From a virus: a stretch of DNA of 61,216 nt. The translations under genes were made by a program, and so were the position numbers. The stretch spans positions 1-61,216 of the IMG/VR virus record IMGVR_UViG_3300045988_055475; one strand, 5' to 3'. Below are positions 10,087-19,399 of the stretch, piece after piece (the stretch's first letter is position 1; every line of letters starts with the position of its first letter). The notes beneath the pieces are model-generated. The model was not told the DNA's origin and made no database searches. It was given only the letters and a program-made list of their open reading frames with translations.

Positions 10087-10825
10087 CTCAGTGACTGTAT
10101 CTGATACGCAGATTGTCGTCTCTCCGGGAGGAGGTGCTTTGTTCCCAGCAGCTGGGGGTAGTAACTATTTCATGGTGACAGTGGTTGATAATATAACCGG
10201 ACTTCTTGAGATCATGAAAGTTACTGCTCGTAGTGGTGACACTTTCACTGTGGCTCGCGCACAGGAAGGTACTACCGCCAGAGCTTTTCCTACCAATAGT
10301 TCAGTAGAACTCCGCCTTACTGCCCAGTCTATTTTTGATGTAATTGGTTCAGTGATTCCTCGCGGCATCATCTCAATGTGGGCTGGTGGTGTTAATGATA
10401 TTCCCACAGGGTGGGCTTTATGTGACGGTAACAACGGTACGCCTAATCTTTCAGACAGGTTTATCGTCAGTGCTGGACAAAGTTATGGTGTAGGTGCCAC
10501 AGGTGGTAGTGTGACACAAACGCCGTCTGTGTGGACTAATGCTGCTGGTACTGGTATTCAGGTAGCGGGTACTACTCTTACAATAGACCAGATGCCTTCC
10601 CACAATCACACGCTGCTTATATATCAAGGTGGTGAATCTGATGGTGGTAGATGTACCAGCTACGGTGGAAGAGACTATATTCAAGGTGACACCTGTCTTC
10701 CTGCTGGTGGTAACCAACCTCACTACCACGGTGTTACTGACTATGGTCACGCACACACGGCGGGTGCTAGTGCAATTGATGTTCGTCCCCCTTACTACGC
10801 ACTTGCGTTTATTATGAAGCTGTAG
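10043..10825 (+). CDS. Tail fibre protein with C-terminal phage tail-collar domain (260 aa)
   Basis: C-terminal 'WAGGVNDIPTGWALCDGNNGTPNLSDRFIVSAG...QMPSHNH...RPPYYALAFIMK' matches the conserved tail-collar signature; N-terminus is paralogous to the next gene. Confidence 0.8.
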   Translation: MAIQFANNAATTLFSSVTVSDTQIVVSPGGGALFPAAGGSNYFMVTVVDNITGLLEIMKVTARSGDTFTVARAQEGTTARAFPTNSSVELRLTAQSIFDVIGSVIPRGIISMWAGGVNDIPTGWALCDGNNGTPNLSDRFIVSAGQSYGVGATGGSVTQTPSVWTNAAGTGIQVAGTTLTIDQMPSHNHTLLIYQGGESDGGRCTSYGGRDYIQGDTCLPAGGNQPHYHGVTDYGHAHTAGASAIDVRPPYYALAFIMKL

Positions 10826-10834
10826 GAGTAACAC

Positions 10835-12628
10835 ATGGCTATTCTCTTTAAAAACAATGCTGCTTCTACACTAGACTACATGTATCAAGCTCCGGATAAA
10901 GACTTTGTCGATATCTACGTGGTTGATCCTACTGTCTTTCCTACAATAGCTTCAGGTTCTGATGACTACTTTTACTTGACTCTTGTTGGTGAAAATGCAC
11001 TCGAGATAGTAAAAGTCTTTGCTCAGATAACTAATGTTAATACGGGTAAGCTTGCCTTTAGGTCTTATCGCGCACAGGAAGGTACTACTGCGCAGGAGTG
11101 GACCAAGGGTACTCGTATAGAAATGCGTATCACTGCTGAGGCTCTTGAGTCTTTTGTACCTACTGCTGTACAGCTTGCTCAAGATAACTTGGACGCAGTC
11201 GGTGTTGCTTCTACTACGAACGTTGGTTTTGCTGGTGTAGACGGAAAGACCACGAAGGCTGACGCTGAAGGTGTGATCACTGCAAAGGACGTGGCGATTG
11301 GCGGGGATCTTGCGGACTTGGCAACCGCACGAGGACAGCTTGGTCCTGCAAAAGAGCTTGGTAGTGGTGTAGACTATAATACAGTTACTGAAGCAGGCTT
11401 TTACTTGATCAATGCAGCGGGTGGTGTGAACGGACCACTTAAGGGAAGTGCTATCTACCTGCACGTTTTCTACAGTAAAAAAGATGCTTTGGCAAAGAAT
11501 CTGTATCAGATAGCCTATGCCTATTCAACAACAAGAGATCGTGTGTTCGTTAGGCAGTACCGCACAGCAAGTAAGGACTGGTCTTCTTGGTCAGAAATCA
11601 TATCGTCTGCGAGCATAGGTGATGGCATTCGTATTAACAACGGTATCATCTCTGTACCTGAGTATGAGGGTGCTACAGCATCTACTGCTGGAACGTCAGG
11701 TCTTGTTCCTCCCGCAGCAGCAGGAGAACAGGAAAGGTTCCTGACTGGTGGTGGTGAATATAAGCCTGCACTCTCGACTAAGGGTGGTTTGTTGACAGGC
11801 AGTGTGCAGATGAACGATACTGCGAACGTGATTAGTACAGCACCTGCTGCTAATACTGACCAAGGTTTGTTTCTCGCCGATAAGAACGGCGCAGTCATGG
11901 GTGGGTTTGATACCATCCAACGTGCTTCTGACAACGTGAAGTGGACACAGCTCTTTTCAAAGAGCAGCAAAGGGAACGTTGCATCTATCGCTGCTGTGGC
12001 TCATGAAGACGGCACAGGCGAGATTATTACATACAATCCTCTTCTGCTCAATACCACTCAGTTAAAAGAGATCATTGACAACGGTAACAGAGTCTTCATG
12101 CTTAGTGGGGATAACAGCAAACCGGGTTATACATTCAGGTTCTCCCCTGACACTGGTGAAGCGTATATGGATGGCCGTGCAATACATGCGAAAGCTGACT
12201 CAGCTGTATACGCAGACACAGCTGGAACCACACGCACAGCTGAAAGTGCTGCTTATTGGAAAGCTCTGAATTCTGGTGGAAACTACACCTTCCATGATGA
12301 AGTACTAGGTGAGAACCCTCCATACATTATGGGGTATGCACTTAATAGCCTGTTTAAAATATACTCAACTAGTGCATTAAGTGTAAACTATGCAAATTCT
12401 GCAAACTATGCCAATACTGCAGGCAGTGCCAACAATGCCTCCACCGCATGGCAAACGACTATAGTGCCTAATGTTACCTTTGTTGGGCGTGGTGGCACTA
12501 TGCCAGCTGGAGGTTCTTGGCTTTACATCTATATGCCTTATGACAGGCACTTTCTGACGAGCATGATGCTGGCTGGTGGTGCTGGTGCCCCGGACAATGA
12601 CGGCGGCATCGCTATAAAGGTTGGTTAA
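10835..12628 (+). CDS. Second tail fibre or tailspike-like protein (597 aa) sharing its N-terminal anchor domain with the preceding fibre
   Basis: N-terminus 'MAILFKNNAASTL...RAQEGTTAQEW' parallels 'MAIQFANNAATTL...RAQEGTTARAF' of the 10043 gene. Confidence 0.72.
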   Translation: MAILFKNNAASTLDYMYQAPDKDFVDIYVVDPTVFPTIASGSDDYFYLTLVGENALEIVKVFAQITNVNTGKLAFRSYRAQEGTTAQEWTKGTRIEMRITAEALESFVPTAVQLAQDNLDAVGVASTTNVGFAGVDGKTTKADAEGVITAKDVAIGGDLADLATARGQLGPAKELGSGVDYNTVTEAGFYLINAAGGVNGPLKGSAIYLHVFYSKKDALAKNLYQIAYAYSTTRDRVFVRQYRTASKDWSSWSEIISSASIGDGIRINNGIISVPEYEGATASTAGTSGLVPPAAAGEQERFLTGGGEYKPALSTKGGLLTGSVQMNDTANVISTAPAANTDQGLFLADKNGAVMGGFDTIQRASDNVKWTQLFSKSSKGNVASIAAVAHEDGTGEIITYNPLLLNTTQLKEIIDNGNRVFMLSGDNSKPGYTFRFSPDTGEAYMDGRAIHAKADSAVYADTAGTTRTAESAAYWKALNSGGNYTFHDEVLGENPPYIMGYALNSLFKIYSTSALSVNYANSANYANTAGSANNASTAWQTTIVPNVTFVGRGGTMPAGGSWLYIYMPYDRHFLTSMMLAGGAGAPDNDGGIAIKVG

Positions 12629-12643
12629 GGAGAAGGGAGAAAC

Positions 12644-13201
12644 ATGTCTGAGTATGAGAATATAATCCACCGTGTGGCTGATGATTCATACGTCATCACA
12701 AAGAACGGTATGCCTTACCATGTCTGTTCTAACGTCAAAGAGTACGAGGAAGAGTGGAAAGCTGTGTCTGCCTATGCCAAGATGCACCCCGAGTGTGTAA
12801 CTACAGAGCAGCCTTACATCCCCCCAGTACCAACACTTGAAGAAGCAAAGGCTGCTAAGCTCGCAGAAATCAACACGGCTGCTAATAAGACCATAGCAGC
12901 ACTCACGACAACTTACCCTGATCGTGAGATCAGCACGTTCGATAAGCAGGAAGCTGAGGCTCGTGCCTATATGGCTGACCCTGAAGCTCCAACTCCGCTT
13001 CTTTCAGCGCTGGCTAAAGCACGGGACATCGACATGGACGAACTCGTAAAGCGGGTAATTGCTAAGGCTGACGCCTTTGCTGCTGCTTCTGGCTACATCA
13101 TCGGTCAGAGGCAGGCACTGGAAGATCAGCTCGACGCCTGCAGGACAGTGAAAGAGGTACAGAACATCCTCGTCATTATCTACCCGCCGAAGGATGTATA
13201 A
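12644..13201 (+). CDS. Tail fibre assembly or chaperone-like protein (DUF4376-type, 185 aa)
   Basis: Lies immediately after the fibre genes; 'KAAKLAEINTAANKTIAALTTTYPDREISTFDKQEAEARAY...GYIIGQRQALEDQLDACRTVKEVQNI' resembles the DUF4376 consensus. Confidence 0.65.
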   Translation: MSEYENIIHRVADDSYVITKNGMPYHVCSNVKEYEEEWKAVSAYAKMHPECVTTEQPYIPPVPTLEEAKAAKLAEINTAANKTIAALTTTYPDREISTFDKQEAEARAYMADPEAPTPLLSALAKARDIDMDELVKRVIAKADAFAAASGYIIGQRQALEDQLDACRTVKEVQNILVIIYPPKDV

Positions 13202-13203
13202 GC

Positions 13204-13461
13204 ATGACCTATGGAAAGCGAACCTTGATTGCTGTTGATCAGCTCTTTAATGCAATCCTCGGCGGCTGGCCGGATGAAACCTTGTCCTCGCGTTGTTATC
13301 GTTGGGATAGAGACGGGGTGAGGACGTGGCCCCGCAAGTTCGTAGACGGGTTGTTCTTCTGGCAGAAGGAACACTGCAAGAGCAGCTACGAAAGCGAGAA
13401 GGAAGGGAGACAGTTACCTCCGGAATTGCGTCCGCTTAGTGCAGAGCCTGCTGGTCAATAA
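13204..13461 (+). CDS. Small conserved-looking hypothetical protein (85 aa)
   Basis: ATGA-type junction with upstream gene; Trp/Cys-containing globular-looking sequence. Confidence 0.45.
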   Translation: MTYGKRTLIAVDQLFNAILGGWPDETLSSRCYRWDRDGVRTWPRKFVDGLFFWQKEHCKSSYESEKEGRQLPPELRPLSAEPAGQ

Positions 13462-13479
13462 CGCTATGTAGAGGACATT

Positions 13480-15390
13480 ATGAAACTAACATTCCAACAG
13501 TTTAGCGGGGTTGCTCCTTGTATAGCTCCACGGCTTTTACCCGCTACTCTTGCACAGGAAGCTCTCGACGTTAAGCTGTGGAGTGGAGAGCTTCGACCTC
13601 AGTATGCTGATGAGGTTCTTCAGTATATCCCCAGTAGTATTAAAACCATCTACAGGTATAAGTGGAAGAACAGTAGCAATCGTTGGTTGATGTGGAATAG
13701 ACCTACTGATGTAGTTAAAAGTCCTGCTTATAACGACGATAACAACCGTATTTACTTTACGAATGAAGGTGGTTTCTTTGTAACAGATAGTTCTCTTTTG
13801 CTAGATCAAGATTATAACACAGGCTATATTCCCGCAGGGTCTTGGTATCATACAGCCATCCCCCAACCGGGACAGTCTGACATCTGGGTGTCTGGAGGCA
13901 CAGGTTCTGGTGACATTGAATCTAGGTCATATGTCTACTGTTATGTTAGACAGTGGCCTGATGGTACTATAGACGTAGGTAAGTCTAGCGGTCCCTTGAA
14001 GAATCTTCACGATAAGTCACGTTATACTGTTGATGTTCGTCCGGGGCAGACTGTTTCTATGTCTATAGAAGAACCACTCTTGACACACCATAACGGTGCA
14101 GTTAGAGGTATCAATAAGATCTATATCTACAGGTCTGAAGGTACTTCTGCTGGTCAAGCTGTGTACAGTTATGTAGACCAGTTTGATGTTAATCTTGAGA
14201 GGGTTACGAATAATCCTAACGCTGTTTGGAAGACTAACTATTACGAGTACACTGACTCTAAACCAAACACCGCTCTGGGTGAGGCTTGTCCTTCTATTTA
14301 CTGGGATCCTCCAGTAGATGGACTCAAAGGTCTTGTCTCTTTGCAGAATGGCTTGTTCGCAGCTTACAAAGATTCTACTGTGTATGTGTCAGACTGGAAT
14401 GCTCCACATGCATGGCCCTATGAACACAGTGTGACAATTGACTATCCTATCGTAGGTCTTGGTTCTTTTGGTAATACGATTGTTGTTTGTACTGAAGCAG
14501 CTCCTGTGCTGATCGTTGTGCAAGACCCGACGAATCCTACAGTTAAAGCTATTCAAGAGAACTGTCCTTGTGTGTCCGCTGATTCTATCGTGAACACACG
14601 TAATGGTGTTATCTTTGCTAGCCAGAATGGTTTGGTGTTGATCAACAGTACGAGTCCTACTTGTATTACAGAGAAGCTCATTACTCAGGACGAATGGTTG
14701 CCTTTGCATCCTGAATCACTGAAAGGTGCTTTTCTAAACAACACCTACTATGGAATCTTTACTAATCCTCCAGACAAAGCAACTGGTTTTGTCTTTGACT
14801 TAGATAGTTATATATACAGCACAGTGTACAACAGTGTCGTTTCTTCAGGTTTGGTTTTTACTACACAGCCTGCAAAGATTCTTTACAACGACATCGAGCA
14901 GTCACAGCTGTTTATATGTTATCCTCTTGAGGATAGCTCAAGGTATAGCTTGTGTTCTTTTGCTTCAGACTCTCGCCTGAACAAGTCTTTTAGATGGCGT
15001 TCAAAGATTAACACTAGTGCGCAGGGTTTGTTTAACCTGAGTGCGGCTCGTGTTATGATGACACCACCATGTTCTGTAAAAGAACGTGAGCCTATCAAGG
15101 GAGATAAACTTAAGAGGTCAAGCTTTGCAGACCGCGTTCTCGGTGGTGAACCAATCAACGGTTGGTGTAATAGTGCACACAAGCTTGATCTGGCAGACAA
15201 CACAGTGTTTAACTACTATGTCGACGGTGAGCTTAAGTATTCACGAGAAATAAAAGACTCTAAACCTTTCCGTCTTCCTTCTGGTTTCAGAGGTGAGACT
15301 ATCGAAGTAGAGATTAAGTCGAATGCTTACATACATTCGATTACTCTTGCTTCGAGTATGGGAGAGCTCGTAGAAGGAGAAAGCAAGTAA
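13480..15390 (+). CDS. Large tail or structural protein (636 aa), function unresolved
   Basis: Long clean ORF in tail region with good RBS spacing. Confidence 0.55.
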   Translation: MKLTFQQFSGVAPCIAPRLLPATLAQEALDVKLWSGELRPQYADEVLQYIPSSIKTIYRYKWKNSSNRWLMWNRPTDVVKSPAYNDDNNRIYFTNEGGFFVTDSSLLLDQDYNTGYIPAGSWYHTAIPQPGQSDIWVSGGTGSGDIESRSYVYCYVRQWPDGTIDVGKSSGPLKNLHDKSRYTVDVRPGQTVSMSIEEPLLTHHNGAVRGINKIYIYRSEGTSAGQAVYSYVDQFDVNLERVTNNPNAVWKTNYYEYTDSKPNTALGEACPSIYWDPPVDGLKGLVSLQNGLFAAYKDSTVYVSDWNAPHAWPYEHSVTIDYPIVGLGSFGNTIVVCTEAAPVLIVVQDPTNPTVKAIQENCPCVSADSIVNTRNGVIFASQNGLVLINSTSPTCITEKLITQDEWLPLHPESLKGAFLNNTYYGIFTNPPDKATGFVFDLDSYIYSTVYNSVVSSGLVFTTQPAKILYNDIEQSQLFICYPLEDSSRYSLCSFASDSRLNKSFRWRSKINTSAQGLFNLSAARVMMTPPCSVKEREPIKGDKLKRSSFADRVLGGEPINGWCNSAHKLDLADNTVFNYYVDGELKYSREIKDSKPFRLPSGFRGETIEVEIKSNAYIHSITLASSMGELVEGESK

Positions 15391-15842
15391 TGGCTACTGC
15401 AAAACGAGTACAGCTTTCTGATGTACCTTACACAGAAGATCGAGGTACCTACGAGTATCTTACGTCTGTTAATGCTGCTCTTGCTTCTTTGCAACAGCAG
15501 GTGAATGCACTTAACGAACGTGTGGATAAAGAAGGTGTTATCACTGGTAAGTCGGGTAATGCTTGGTACGTAAAGTTGCCAGATGGTGCCCTTATCCAAG
15601 GTTCACAGAACCTATTACCTTCAGGAATAGCAGACATAAACGTATACTGGCCTATAGAGTTTATCGATACAGAGTACACTGTAGTATCTGATGTTACAGG
15701 AAACAATGCAGGTTCTGTAGTGCATTCTTGGGTTTGGTCTAGGGATAAAACCTTTGCTCACATAGGTGTACGAGAAACAGGCAACATTACCGCTACAGCA
15801 AACTACATAGTTATGTGCGTAGCTATCGGGAGGTGGAAGTAA
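15390..15842 (+). CDS. Hypothetical structural protein (150 aa)
   Basis: Start overlaps upstream stop (TAATG). Confidence 0.5.
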   Translation: MATAKRVQLSDVPYTEDRGTYEYLTSVNAALASLQQQVNALNERVDKEGVITGKSGNAWYVKLPDGALIQGSQNLLPSGIADINVYWPIEFIDTEYTVVSDVTGNNAGSVVHSWVWSRDKTFAHIGVRETGNITATANYIVMCVAIGRWK

Positions 15843-17348
15843 ATGTACAACTACGGATACTTCCCTACTTACACTACAATGCTGCCTCTCTACCAAACGA
15901 TGATAGGTAGCTATGGTTTAGGTGGTATTGGCACCCAGAAGAGTACGTCTAGTCGTAACAAATGGTACGACATGCAAGACCGTTTCTCTAGCCAGCAGTC
16001 TTCTTCTGACAATGAGAAGGCTAACAAAGGTACTACTCTAGGCAAAGAGTTTACTAGCAACAGAGACGGTGGTGGTCGTGACGGTTTTAGCAATGATTCC
16101 ATAGGTAGTACTTCTAGCAAGGGTAATGATGCTGGCCCCTCTAATAAGGGGCATAGCTTCACTGACCAGCAAGCTATGGACGATGCTATTAGTGGCCTTA
16201 GCACGATAGGTATAGACGCTGCTACTAAGACTGGTATGGCTCTCGCCTTGGACGCACCTGTTAATGTTGCTATGAACTTCGGCTTGTCTGGTCTGCCTAG
16301 TGGTCTTGCCAATACTGTTGGTCAGGTAGCCGCTAAGTCCTTTGGCATGACGACAGGCACAGTACCGGGAGCTGTGGTTGGTAGTATGCTTGGTTCCCTT
16401 GCTGGGCCTATTGGCGGACTGCTTGGTGGGCTTATAGGCCCCACGATTGGTGGTTTGCTTGCTGACGCCCTTAACATGCGTGATGAAGAAGTTACGCGTG
16501 ACGCCCTTGAAGATGCCATTGGTCCGATTACTGGCCGTCAGATTGGTGCAGCTTACGCTAACAACATTGCTACACATAATATGGACATGGCCACAATCAA
16601 CGATATGACTCTTGCTGAAGCTCTCAACGATGCCATCTCTGGCTCTAAGTCTTTGAGTCCTTCTCAGGTAGCTAATGCAACTGCTGCGGTAAACAACTCC
16701 ATCGGTCTGGCTAATCCTACTTCTTCTTGGGGTAGAGATCTAGTCGGCCCTGTTGCTGCTACATACGCTGGTGCTATGGCTAGCCTTGGTGATCTTGGTG
16801 CGGACACTGGCTCCGCTAATGATGAAGCTAGCCCTGTGGGTGGCTTTGCAGAGACTGGCCAGTTCGGTGGTCTAGGTAAAGATCAAGGTGGCTATGGCAC
16901 AGACGTTGGTGGTCCTATTGGTGGTGGTGCTATGTCACATGGTAAAGCGCAAGACAACTTCGGTGGTATTGGTCTTTCTGGTGTTGGTGGTGTGACAGGA
17001 GAAACTGCTGCTGATACTGCTGCCTCTACTTCTGCTGCTGAATCTGATACTGCTGGTGGTACAGCTACCGGTGGAACAGACACAGGTACTGACTCTGGTA
17101 CTACTGGTGAAGACGGTGCTAACGAAGGCAATGATGCCGGTAACGACTCTGGTGACAACGGCTCTACCGGTAATGATGGCGATTCCGGTGGTAGTGGCGG
17201 AGACGGTAACGGTGGTGGTTTTGGCAACGACGGCGGCGGAGGCAGTGGTGGCTCCGACAGCCAAGGCACTGGTGAAGGACAAGCCGGTGACGGCACTGGT
17301 TCTGGAGCCAACGGTCAGAACGATGGTGGCGATGACGGTGGCTGGTAA
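15843..17348 (+). CDS. Gly/Ser/Asp-rich low-complexity structural protein (501 aa)
   Basis: C-terminal about 150 aa almost entirely G/D/S/T/N repeats; ATGTAA overlap with previous gene. Confidence 0.5.
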   Translation: MYNYGYFPTYTTMLPLYQTMIGSYGLGGIGTQKSTSSRNKWYDMQDRFSSQQSSSDNEKANKGTTLGKEFTSNRDGGGRDGFSNDSIGSTSSKGNDAGPSNKGHSFTDQQAMDDAISGLSTIGIDAATKTGMALALDAPVNVAMNFGLSGLPSGLANTVGQVAAKSFGMTTGTVPGAVVGSMLGSLAGPIGGLLGGLIGPTIGGLLADALNMRDEEVTRDALEDAIGPITGRQIGAAYANNIATHNMDMATINDMTLAEALNDAISGSKSLSPSQVANATAAVNNSIGLANPTSSWGRDLVGPVAATYAGAMASLGDLGADTGSANDEASPVGGFAETGQFGGLGKDQGGYGTDVGGPIGGGAMSHGKAQDNFGGIGLSGVGGVTGETAADTAASTSAAESDTAGGTATGGTDTGTDSGTTGEDGANEGNDAGNDSGDNGSTGNDGDSGGSGGDGNGGGFGNDGGGGSGGSDSQGTGEGQAGDGTGSGANGQNDGGDDGGW

Positions 17349-17373
17349 GCCATACATACAAGGAAAGTAAACA

Positions 17374-18195
17374 ATGGGACTTTTTGATAACTGGTCTTGG
17401 GGTGATACATGGAGTGCCCTTGGTACCGTAGGTAATCTTGCCTCTACCGGGTACGACATTTACTCCGGTATTAAAGCGGCTAACCAAGCGTCAAAGTATG
17501 CTGACCTTGCGTTTGGTTCTATCGAGAAACAGGACGAGTACGCTTCCGAAGCTTGGCAGAGACAGAAAGAAAAGTACTGGCCTCTTGAAGATTTGAATAT
17601 TCAGTATAGTATGGAAGATCTTCAAACGCTTAGACCTCTAGGTCAAGCACAAGCACAGTACGCAGTAGACAGAGGTCTTGCTGATATCCAGCAACAGCGA
17701 GAACTTGATCCTCTTTATAGAGATACTGAGAAGTCTGTTATTCGTAAGCTCACTGAAGGTGAGGATGTCATTCGTGACAGGCTTATGAATCAAGCTACTG
17801 CTGACGTAGCTGCTGGTTATGCACAACAGCGCGAGCAGGACATTCGTTCTATGGGCATGGCTGGTATCAACGCTAACTCTGGTGCCTTCTCTAACTATAT
17901 GAACCGCATGGGTACAAGCCAAGCTTTGTCTGAAGCTATGGTTAGAACTCAGGCTTCTCGTCAAGCTGAAGACCTTGCTCTGTCTCGTCAGTCACAGGCA
18001 CTTAACTATCGTAAGGGTGCTTCTTTGCAAACGTATCAGGCTACGCCTTCAGTGAACAGCTCTTCTATTCTTTCTGGTCTTGGTAGTGCTAGTACTGGAA
18101 GTATGGGTCTTGCCAACATGTATATGCAAGATGCTCAGAACAGCTGGAACGGTGCTGGTCGTGGTATCCAACGTCTAACTGGAGGTAATGCGTAA
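17374..18195 (+). CDS. Coiled-coil structural protein (273 aa)
   Basis: Q/A/E/R-rich helical sequence; operon context. Confidence 0.5.
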   Translation: MGLFDNWSWGDTWSALGTVGNLASTGYDIYSGIKAANQASKYADLAFGSIEKQDEYASEAWQRQKEKYWPLEDLNIQYSMEDLQTLRPLGQAQAQYAVDRGLADIQQQRELDPLYRDTEKSVIRKLTEGEDVIRDRLMNQATADVAAGYAQQREQDIRSMGMAGINANSGAFSNYMNRMGTSQALSEAMVRTQASRQAEDLALSRQSQALNYRKGASLQTYQATPSVNSSSILSGLGSASTGSMGLANMYMQDAQNSWNGAGRGIQRLTGGNA

Positions 18196-19346
18196 TGCCT
18201 TCTATCGGACTTGCACTACATGCTGGTCGTCAGATGTGGGAAAGCGAACGTAAGGAAAAAGAAGCCAACGATCGTTTTCTTGCTGGACGTAAGCTCTTTG
18301 AAGCACAGCTTAAGGAACAAGAAGCTGCTGCTGAATATTTGAATCAGGCTAATGAACAGGCTCGGGCTGCTAAGAAGTCTATTCTTAACAACCGTGAACG
18401 TATCCTTATCGGTGACCCTACTGGTACTGCTAACGTACTGAGGGACACTATCTACCGTGACTTTGACGGTAAGGTTACTGTAGACCCTGAGACTAAAGAA
18501 GTTGTCCTTATAAGCAAGGACGGCAAGGAAGTAGGTAGACAACAGCCTCTTATGGGCATGGACGGTGTTGCTAAGTTGATGCAGCTTGGTAACACTATTG
18601 ATCAGACCTATGCAGCTAACGTCGCAGCTCAGCAGCTTGCTGAACAGCGCGCTTATGAAATGACTAAGATGCGTGAAGAGAAGGGCTTTGACTACAAGAA
18701 GGCTGTTGACGTTGAGAACATCAAGTCTAATGCTACTCTTGGTTCTGCTGCTATGGGAGCTAGAGCTACGCTTGGTTCTGCTGGTATTAAGGCTGATACT
18801 GAAAAGTATAAGGCTAACCTTGATTTCCAGAAAGCTTTGCACACAAGTACACTGGAAAACTTGGACAAGATTGAACGGGCTAAGTGGGTACAGGCTAATG
18901 CTGCTGCAAGTGGTCTTGCCCCTACACTGGACTCGGCAACAAACAACCTTATGCTCGCACCTCTGTCTCCTGAACAGGCTGCGAAAGCGTTGAACTACTA
19001 CTCTGGTATGACTGGTCTGTCAGGTAAGTATGGCCCCGGAATGATGCCCTCACAAGTCTACACTGATGAAGTGCTGCGTGGTAGGTCTGATTCCGCTCTG
19101 GCTACACAGCGCATGTTTGACTATGAGACACAGGCTCCGTTGGGTGTACCTGCTCTTACGTTCAGTACTGGTCTTTCTGGTGTTCAGGGTAATCCTTACA
19201 ATAACTATGGCTTCAACTTTGGAGGCCAGCAGCTTAGTGCTGTTCAACAAACTCTTGATAAGCAGGCACAGGATGCTGCCGCTGCTGAGGCTGCAAGGCA
19301 GGCTAGAGCTCTTGAACGTGCTCGCTTCTATGGTTTTATACGTTAA
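18195..19346 (+). CDS. Coiled-coil structural protein (383 aa)
   Basis: ATGCGTAATG overlap with previous gene; helical, charged. Confidence 0.5.
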   Translation: MPSIGLALHAGRQMWESERKEKEANDRFLAGRKLFEAQLKEQEAAAEYLNQANEQARAAKKSILNNRERILIGDPTGTANVLRDTIYRDFDGKVTVDPETKEVVLISKDGKEVGRQQPLMGMDGVAKLMQLGNTIDQTYAANVAAQQLAEQRAYEMTKMREEKGFDYKKAVDVENIKSNATLGSAAMGARATLGSAGIKADTEKYKANLDFQKALHTSTLENLDKIERAKWVQANAAASGLAPTLDSATNNLMLAPLSPEQAAKALNYYSGMTGLSGKYGPGMMPSQVYTDEVLRGRSDSALATQRMFDYETQAPLGVPALTFSTGLSGVQGNPYNNYGFNFGGQQLSAVQQTLDKQAQDAAAAEAARQARALERARFYGFIR

Positions 19347-19399
19347 CTAATTAAAGGCCCTTAGAATCGAAATATGGGCCAAAGAAAGGTATTCTAGAT